A DNA stretch of 5,145 bases, from the IMG/VR virus record IMGVR_UViG_3300026522_000019. The stretch is one strand, 5' to 3'. Origin of the DNA: a virus. The notes beneath the pieces were generated by a model that was not told the origin of the DNA, ran no database searches, and saw only the letters and a list, made by a program, of their open reading frames with translations. Below are positions 1 through 4,541 of this stretch, piece after piece; position 1 is the stretch's first letter, and every line of letters begins with the position of its first letter. Both the position numbers and the translations under genes were made by a program.

Positions 1-127
1 ATACTTTTCGGCGTCTGTCAAATGTAAATATTCATCATAATACGCTGGCGGTCGGGTAATCATACCATCAGGCAAAACAACTTTATCATAATTATAGACA
101 TCATTAAAATACTTAACAATCCAATCA
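1..127. repeat. Terminal redundancy, copy 1 (identical to 5019-5145); circularisation overlap rather than a biological repeat
   Basis: Exact 127-nt direct identity read by eye. 127 is a commonly used assembler k-mer length. A coding frame runs through the join. Confidence 0.9.
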
Positions 128-774
128 TGAGCAATGCCAGGCTTACGAGACATGGTAATAAATTCAGGAGTCCGGCCCTGATAATGCGCCGGGGCGTCCT
201 TACCATACACTTTTTTAGTTACATACCGGGCCACATAAGCGCAGCTCTTAAAAGTAACATTACCAATGGTATGGAAACCATAAGGCCAAAGACTAAATAA
301 AAAGTCAGAGATATAAAGCGGGCCGTAAGGCGTCTGTCTAAGTAACTGACGGTCATCACTAAAATCGTAATTAAATATAATAAGATGATAATGAGGCCGT
401 AAATTTTTGTCACCATATTCACCACAAGCAAAGAAACGAATCTTGATATTCTGATAAGAGAGAGCCTTACGTAACCGTTTTAGGAAAAGCTGAACATCAC
501 GTACAGACACAGAACGAGAAGCTGGAAGATGCGCATCATCGAAAGTCAAAGTTAAAAAACAGTTACAGTCATGTAAAGAAGCTTCATGAACACATCTGAC
601 TGCCCATTGCCTAGAATGTGCCAAACGGCATCCAATACATTTTCCACAAGGTATAGTGCAGGGCTCCGCACCGCGAGCCGGAGGGCTCGCAGGGGAACCA
701 AACACAATACGATATCCAGATTTTGAACTGGCATCAGGAACGCGCCAGCAATCGATAGGATGATAACAAGCCAT
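1..774 (-). CDS. VP4: Replication initiator protein VP4 (HUH rolling-circle endonuclease), N-terminal 258 codons. The ORF leaves the window edge and continues at 5018->4902, for 296 aa in total.
   Basis: Hand translation from ATG 774-772 has no stops: MACYHPIDCWRVPDASSKSGYRIVFG...CGKCIGCRL...CFLTLTF (motif I)...RPHYHLIIFN (HUH motif II)...CAYVARYVTKK (catalytic Tyr motif III). It is in frame with the track ORF 4902..5093 (774-75=699, divisible by 3). The ATG lies 2 nt after the TAG of the upstream small ORF, suggesting translational coupling. Confidence 0.93.
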   Translation of the reverse strand, partial: MACYHPIDCWRVPDASSKSGYRIVFGSPASPPARGAEPCTIPCGKCIGCRLAHSRQWAVRCVHEASLHDCNCFLTLTFDDAHLPASRSVSVRDVQLFLKRLRKALSYQNIKIRFFACGEYGDKNLRPHYHLIIFNYDFSDDRQLLRQTPYGPLYISDFLFSLWPYGFHTIGNVTFKSCAYVARYVTKKVYGKDAPAHYQGRTPEFITMSRKPGIAHDWIVKYFNDVYNYDKVVLPDGMITRPPAYYDEYLHLTDAEKY

Positions 775-776
775 AA

Positions 777-893
777 CTAAATCCGGAAGCCGCCGCGCAT
801 AGGGCGAGCGCGAAGGTTACGTTTTTTAATGTTTACGGCACCTTTTGTAAAAATCTTACGAGACTTTTTCCTAGACAGTTTACGACGTTTCAT
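777..893 (-). CDS. 38-aa highly basic DNA-binding/packaging protein (phiX174 J analogue; gokushovirus VP8/ORF8-like)
   Basis: ATG 893-891 is preceded by GAAAGGAG with an 8-nt spacer. Translation is MKRRKLSRKKSRKIFTKGAVNIKKRNLRARPMRGGFRI, ending at TAG 779-777. It has 16 Arg/Lys in 38 aa and a C-terminal RPMRGGxRI-type tail typical of microvirus small basic proteins. The ORF is too short for the supplied track. Confidence 0.8.
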   Translation of the reverse strand: MKRRKLSRKKSRKIFTKGAVNIKKRNLRARPMRGGFRI

Positions 894-907
894 AATAAAC
901 ACTCCTT

Positions 908-1786
908 TCACTTAAGAGCGCTAAAAGGCATCCAGCGCAATAATTCACCCATAGACGTGCCAAAACGATGAGCATAGCCGGTTTTGATATCCTGGACAGA
1001 CTGTTCCTGTTCATTAGCAAGTTTAATCCGGAGAGAATCTTCAAGGGTACGTTGAGAATCAGCATCAAGATTAGCCGCACGAGCCATATTTTCAGCAGTA
1101 CCAGAGGCCAAATTATCAATTTCATAAGGAGTCAATTGCTGAAGCCTGGACAATTCGCCATAGGACTTAGCAGCTAACGCAGATGCAGCACCTGCCTGTG
1201 CAAGGTTAGCCTCAGAACGGGTACCTAGTTCAGCAACCTGGGCATCAGTAATACGCCGACTATTTTCAATATCCTGGAGAATTTTATTGATATTAGCATC
1301 AGCTACCTTAACCTGCATTTTAAAAACTTCAGTCTGTTGTTTAGCCTGGGCAGTAAGAGCAGAGATATTATCCGCTTTAAGCGGTATAAGGGAAGTTTCA
1401 CCCTGCACCTGCGAGGTCTGAGCAGATTTGAGTTTAGTATCCTGTAATACGTTTGAAGCTTCGGCACGGGTCTTTTCAATATCAGCCTTGATAGCTTCAT
1501 TCTGCATCTGTAAATTTTTAGCCTGCTGGGTAACCATATAACCAGATGTCGCGGCAGTACCAAGGTTCTCATAAGTGCCGCCACTAGAAACACCGAAAGT
1601 ACTATTACCAGTATTAGCCGACAGAATAGGATTGAGACCAGCGGCTTTTAAATCAGCTACTTCAATTTGATGCTGATTATAAAGCTGTTCATTGGCAAGG
1701 TTATAATTTTTATTAAATTGCTTCTGCTGTTGGCGGTTAGCCAACAAACCGCCAACAAAATTAGCGGCAACACCCAACCAAGACAT
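908..1786 (-). CDS. VP2: Minor capsid / DNA pilot protein VP2 (292 aa)
   Basis: Track ORF. It sits immediately downstream of VP1. SD GAGGTG lies 7 nt before the ATG. It has a Gly/Ala-rich hydrophobic N-terminus, an AAGLNPIL motif and a long Gln/Ala-rich helical middle, typical of microvirus pilot proteins. The TGA stop is embedded in the SD of the next gene. Confidence 0.85.
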   Translation of the reverse strand: MSWLGVAANFVGGLLANRQQQKQFNKNYNLANEQLYNQHQIEVADLKAAGLNPILSANTGNSTFGVSSGGTYENLGTAATSGYMVTQQAKNLQMQNEAIKADIEKTRAEASNVLQDTKLKSAQTSQVQGETSLIPLKADNISALTAQAKQQTEVFKMQVKVADANINKILQDIENSRRITDAQVAELGTRSEANLAQAGAASALAAKSYGELSRLQQLTPYEIDNLASGTAENMARAANLDADSQRTLEDSLRIKLANEQEQSVQDIKTGYAHRFGTSMGELLRWMPFSALK

Positions 1787-1801
1787 AATACATCACCTCG
1801 C

Positions 1802-3439
1802 TTAGAAGTGGTCAACAAGACCAGGGACACCGTAAACCGGCATAGGACGGGCACACTTCATCTGGATATAGCTATCAATAATGAACTGAGGTTCATCCTG
1901 GACTGCGAGTATTCGAGACACTGGCGGATTATCTTCAATAAACTGAGCTGAAAGCGTCGGAAGACTATCAAATTTCTGGGAAAGATGCCAAACATCAAGA
2001 CTCTGAGGGTCAGTAGACCTAAGTTTACCAGTAATCATAGAAGGAAAATAACGATATTCTGCATATCTTTCCTGATAACCAAATACATCATCATCAACAG
2101 GTTTACCCTGGGCAAAAATTTCCTTATTAAGAATCGCCTGTTCACCAAGATGCGCAAGTACGGGCCAATAGAAATCAAAGCGTGTGCGACGGCTAAACAT
2201 GCGCGGAATACCCTGCTGGTAAGTGAGGTCAGCACGAACATTAAGGAGACCAATAACAATACCATGTTCAACGAAAGATTTAGTAAAACCATGCTTAGCA
2301 GAAGTACTAGAAGCAAGACCATATGCAGCAAGGTTACCCTGCGGAGTATCTGCGTCTCTAGCAGTCGCAGAGTTCTGGACTACCGGATTGATAATAACAG
2401 GGCTTTCAGAGCCGCCAAGATATTCAGGACGCTGTAGGCGACTATCCGGAGAAACAACGCCAAAGTGAGAGCGGAGAATCTCAGTATAACGAGTACCGCC
2501 ACGGGCATCACGTTCGTAAAGTTTCTGAAGCTGGAAGGCCTGGCGGAGAGAATTGATAGTGGCAGCTGTTACAGAAGATAAATCAGCATACATAGGGCCA
2601 GTAGTAGCACCAGAACCCACGTTGGGGGGAAAGGGAGTATTCAAAAAAATACGGTCATCATAATTAGCAGGTTTAAAAAGAGCAAGATTTGTGTTAGTAA
2701 CCGTAGATTTAACCGTAGGCTGGAAATGCGTAGCATTAAAAGTACCACCATCAACAGTAACCGGAGCATTTCCGGAAAGGGGAAGCTCTACGCCCGGGCC
2801 TTTCTGAGGCCACGGAAGCGCGCTAGTAAAATAATCATGACGCTTTCCACGTCTCAGGAGCTTATGAAAGCCAGTATAACCAGCATCACCAAGGCCAACA
2901 TCATCCAAACCGGAAGCAGATGCAATCTCAGCGAAAGAAGAAAGATTAATAGGATTCTGAAGATTTTCATCCCTAAACCATTCATTCCAGATAAGCGCAT
3001 ACGCTCTAGCGGCTAATTCATTAGCTTTAATACCTTTGACGCCAGTCGGTAAACCAAAATAATCTTCAAGAGAGCCAACCGGGAAACCTTTATCAGCCGG
3101 AGCGGTTGTCTGAGGTACAAGATAATCAGTCTGGGCACCGGGATAATCCTGCTGACCATTAAACTGTTCCCAGTGTTTCCAAAGCAAGCGATAAGGGACG
3201 AAGAAAAAAAACGTATCAATAAACAGATTATCCATCGTAGGGACGATAGGAGTAGAAAGACGAGCTAAAAAATTAAACTTAACCTTGTAGGAGTCACCGG
3301 GAAGCACTTCATCCACAAGAAACGGCACAAGATAACCGCTATCGAAAGTACTTTTCCAGCCGTGAGACCTATCAAAGACAGACCGGGAGATTTGAGCTCG
3401 AGGAATCTGCGAAAATAAATGCTTCATGACTGACTTCAT
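1802..3439 (-). CDS. VP1: Major capsid protein VP1 (phiX174 F-like), 545 aa
   Basis: Track ORF with SD AAAGGA 8 nt upstream. Hallmark microvirus capsid motifs are present: FSQIPRAQISRSVFDRSH, YLVPFLVDEVLPGD, FFFFVPYRLLW, ALPWPQKG, TINSLRQAFQLQKLYERDARGGTRYTEILRSHFGV, and RFDFYWP. Confidence 0.97.
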   Translation of the reverse strand: MKSVMKHLFSQIPRAQISRSVFDRSHGWKSTFDSGYLVPFLVDEVLPGDSYKVKFNFLARLSTPIVPTMDNLFIDTFFFFVPYRLLWKHWEQFNGQQDYPGAQTDYLVPQTTAPADKGFPVGSLEDYFGLPTGVKGIKANELAARAYALIWNEWFRDENLQNPINLSSFAEIASASGLDDVGLGDAGYTGFHKLLRRGKRHDYFTSALPWPQKGPGVELPLSGNAPVTVDGGTFNATHFQPTVKSTVTNTNLALFKPANYDDRIFLNTPFPPNVGSGATTGPMYADLSSVTAATINSLRQAFQLQKLYERDARGGTRYTEILRSHFGVVSPDSRLQRPEYLGGSESPVIINPVVQNSATARDADTPQGNLAAYGLASSTSAKHGFTKSFVEHGIVIGLLNVRADLTYQQGIPRMFSRRTRFDFYWPVLAHLGEQAILNKEIFAQGKPVDDDVFGYQERYAEYRYFPSMITGKLRSTDPQSLDVWHLSQKFDSLPTLSAQFIEDNPPVSRILAVQDEPQFIIDSYIQMKCARPMPVYGVPGLVDHF

Positions 3440-3543
3440 ATTATCAATCCTTTCTGAATGACCGCCCTAAGGCTTCGCCAACAGGCTGTATCATTCAAAA
3501 ATATTCAAAGAGTGAGAAAAAAGAGCCGCTTAACGGTGTCACT

Positions 3544-3577
3544 CCGGCCAATTACATCAAGTAGTGTAATTGGCCGG
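3544..3577 (-). other. Perfect 13-bp stem / 8-nt loop hairpin in the VP3-VP1 spacer; candidate replication-origin or RNA-processing/attenuation structure
   Basis: CCGGCCAATTACA (3544-3556) pairs with TGTAATTGGCCGG (3565-3577) with no mismatch. The loop on the sense (minus) strand is CTACTTGA. Confidence 0.75.
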
Positions 3578-3600
3578 GCGGCGCTTACCGTTAGCAAATA

Positions 3601-4044
3601 TCAATTTACTTCTTTACCGGAACCTTCAACAGGTCCGGAAGGTACTTCAGGAGCACCGTCAACAGGTTTGTCAATAATTCCAAGCCTAATTGCTTCAGCA
3701 TATTCATCACTTCCTTCCTTAAGAGACTGAACGAACTGGAAATAGGCGGCTGGATCATTTCCAAATCGTTCGCGAATTTTACTTGAAAGGTGACCAAATG
3801 CATTATTAGCCGCCACTATGACATTCTGAGCCTCCTGGTAAGAAGGCATTTCAGAAAAATCACCAAATTGAGGAACACGAGACACCGGTACAGTAGGGTC
3901 TACAAGTACACCGGTAGTCTCAAAACGCGAAATAATAGAGTTAATATCCGCATCATCTTTAAAAGACTGAAGCGTCTGGGAAGGCTGGTCAAACACAATA
4001 CCAGGCTTTTCGCCGGTAACAGAATAACGAGATTTAAATTTCAT
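3601..4044 (-). CDS. VP3: Internal scaffolding protein VP3 (147 aa)
   Basis: ATG 4044-4042 is preceded by GGAAAGGAAG. Translation starts MKFKSRYSVTGEKPGIVFDQPSQTLQSFKDDADINSIISRFETTG...FGDFSEMPSYQEAQNVI. Size, acidic character, position just upstream of VP1 and these motifs fit gokushovirus VP3. The 176-aa track ORF begins at a GTG (4131) with no SD, so I prefer the internal ATG. Confidence 0.82.
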   Translation of the reverse strand: MKFKSRYSVTGEKPGIVFDQPSQTLQSFKDDADINSIISRFETTGVLVDPTVPVSRVPQFGDFSEMPSYQEAQNVIVAANNAFGHLSSKIRERFGNDPAAYFQFVQSLKEGSDEYAEAIRLGIIDKPVDGAPEVPSGPVEGSGKEVN

Positions 4045-4246
4045 GATCTTCCTTTCCGCGCGGATCCGCGCTGCAAGTATCTGCAAATAAACTAGTAGGT
4101 TTAAAATTACTACTAGTAAAACAGGCACCACAATTTAAACAAACAGAGATATAGTCGTCAACGTGATACAAAACGCATTGACAATACTCACAACGATCGA
4201 TACCGTCAAATACAAAACGCTTAAAAGCAGGAGGAACTTTAAGCAT
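4034..4246 (-). CDS. Hypothetical 70-aa Cys-rich (zinc-ribbon-like) protein, accessory ORF between the non-coding hub and VP3
   Basis: ATG 4246-4244 is the first start after an in-frame TGA. The Cys pattern is C19-x2-C22-x-C24 ... C36-x2-C39-x2-C42, with 7 Cys and 2 His in 70 aa. 42 of 70 codons end in T, versus 26 of the first 60 VP1 codons and 6 of 29 in the competing frame. It overlaps the VP3 start by 11 nt, as real microvirus genes often do. Weakness: the only SD-like AAGGA is 14 nt upstream. Confidence 0.5.
   Translation of the reverse strand: MLKVPPAFKRFVFDGIDRCEYCQCVLYHVDDYISVCLNCGACFTSSNFKPTSLFADTCSADPRGKEDHEI
4058..4071. repeat. Perfect 14-bp GC-rich palindrome GCGCGGATCCGCGC just upstream of the VP3 ribosome-binding site
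   Basis: The sequence is self-complementary by direct reading. It can form a 5-bp GC stem with a GATC loop. It lies 3 nt from the VP3 SD, inside the 3' end of the Cys-rich ORF. Confidence 0.7.
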
Positions 4247-4262
4247 GACATTAAATCACATC

Positions 4263-4275
4263 CTTAGGCTAATAA
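4263..4275. repeat. 13-bp direct repeat CTTAGGCTAATAA, copy 1, on the Cys-rich-ORF-proximal flank of the tandem array
   Basis: Identical to 4395-4407. Separated from the array only by CATG. Confidence 0.85.
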
Positions 4276-4279
4276 CATG

Positions 4280-4394
4280 CCAGGAACTTTCCAGGAACTT
4301 TCCAGGAACTTTTCCAGGAACTTTCCAGGAACTTTTCCAGGAACTTTCCAGGAACTTTTCCAAGAACTTTTCCAGGAACTTTTCCAGGAACTTT
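4280..4394. repeat. Tandem array of 10 units of CCAGGAACTTT(T); the sense strand reads (A)AAAGTTCCTGG
   Basis: Unit lengths are 11,11,12,11,12,11,12,12,12,11, totalling 115 bp. There is a single substitution (G->A at 4363, unit 8). Each junction creates TTCCAGGAA, a TTCC-N-GGAA dyad. Nine units carry CCWGG. Confidence 0.95.
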
Positions 4395-4407
4395 CTTAGG
4401 CTAATAA
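4395..4407. repeat. 13-bp direct repeat CTTAGGCTAATAA, copy 2, abutting the last tandem unit
   Basis: Identical to 4263-4275. Confidence 0.85.
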
Positions 4408-4489
4408 TGGGGGGAACATGCCGCAAGTCATTAGAGAAGTTAAACAACAAAACAGACAAAAGCAAGAAAAACGCGGCATTTCCCCCCAT
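4407..4489. repeat. Long inverted repeat: ATGGGGGGAACATGCCGC (4407-4424) pairs with GCGGCATTTCCCCCCAT (4473-4489); 17 bp with a one-base bulge, 48-nt loop
   Basis: The reverse complement of the second arm equals the first arm except for the extra C at 4417. The arms contain G6 and C6 runs. The loop is A-rich on the plus strand and T-rich on the sense strand. Confidence 0.8.
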
Positions 4490-4493
4490 GCCC

Positions 4494-4506
4494 CTAGGGC
4501 TAATAA
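4494..4506. repeat. Variant third copy of the 13-bp motif (CTAGGGCTAATAA, 11/13 identical), between the long inverted repeat and the terminator
   Basis: Read by eye. It shares GGCTAATAA exactly with the other two copies. Confidence 0.6.
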
Positions 4507-4507
4507 G

Positions 4508-4541
4508 GGAAAAAGAAAACACCGCCGTATGGCGGCGGTGT
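4508..4541 (-). terminator. Rho-independent terminator for minus-strand transcription, 57 nt downstream of the VP5-like ORF
   Basis: The sense strand reads ACACCGCCG-CCATA-CGGCGGTGT (9-bp stem, 7 G:C, 5-nt loop; 4541->4519) followed immediately by TTTTCTTTTTCCC. On the plus strand the hairpin has no T-tail, so it is directional and matches the gene orientation. Confidence 0.7.

Noticed and set aside
673-690. 7-bp GC stem (GCGAGCC-GGAG-GGCTCGC) inside the Rep gene as a possible in-gene origin, by analogy with phiX174
   Set aside because: The stem is short and lies within the coding sequence (PASPPARG). No nick-like motif is in or beside the loop, and nothing distinguishes it from chance.
1303-1593. 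Other +1-frame embedded ORFs (1303..1593, 1657..1854, 3013..3219, 3606..3803)
   Set aside because: Where I checked the start codon (1303..1593 and 1657..1854) it is non-ATG. They are Arg/Leu-rich or lack a clear membrane segment. Their existence is explained by T-rich third codon positions depleting stops in the +1 frame.
3204-3211. A8 homopolymer (T8 on the sense strand) in VP1 as a slippage or frameshift site
   Set aside because: It simply encodes the conserved FFFF of the DTFFFFVPY capsid motif. There is no downstream alternative-frame product of note.
4045-4131. N-terminal extension of VP3 to 176 aa with a hydrophobic leader (MVPVLLVVILNLLVYLQILAA)
   Set aside because: It starts at GTG with no SD. 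Only 6 of its 29 codons end in T, versus 60% in the overlapping Cys-rich frame. The internal ATG at 4044 has a strong SD and gives the canonical VP3 size and N-terminus.
4256-4258. TGA recoding (genetic code 4 or 25) that would fuse the hub ORF to the Cys-rich ORF
   Set aside because: VP2, VP3 and VP4 all terminate at TGA exactly where the next gene's SD and start sit. Trp is encoded by TGG in VP1. The standard code fits.
4268-4277. CTAATAAC in the 13-bp repeat resembling the TTAATAAC part of the phiX174 origin
   Set aside because: It is on the window plus strand, which is antisense to the genes and presumed virion strand. It also lacks the ACTTGAT nick core and is a short AT-rich match.
4280-4394. 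Possible CRISPR array
   Set aside because: Units are 11-12 bp and directly abutting, with no spacers. This is a simple tandem repeat, and there are no cas genes in a 5-kb microvirus.
4280-4394. CCWGG clustering as a Dcm/EcoRII-related signal
   Set aside because: CCWGG also occurs roughly ten times elsewhere in the genome by eye (for example near 135, 1144, 1237, 1273, 1345, 1821, 1898, 2107, 2539 and 4586). That is about the random expectation, so there is no avoidance or selection signal. The sites in the array follow simply from the repeat unit.
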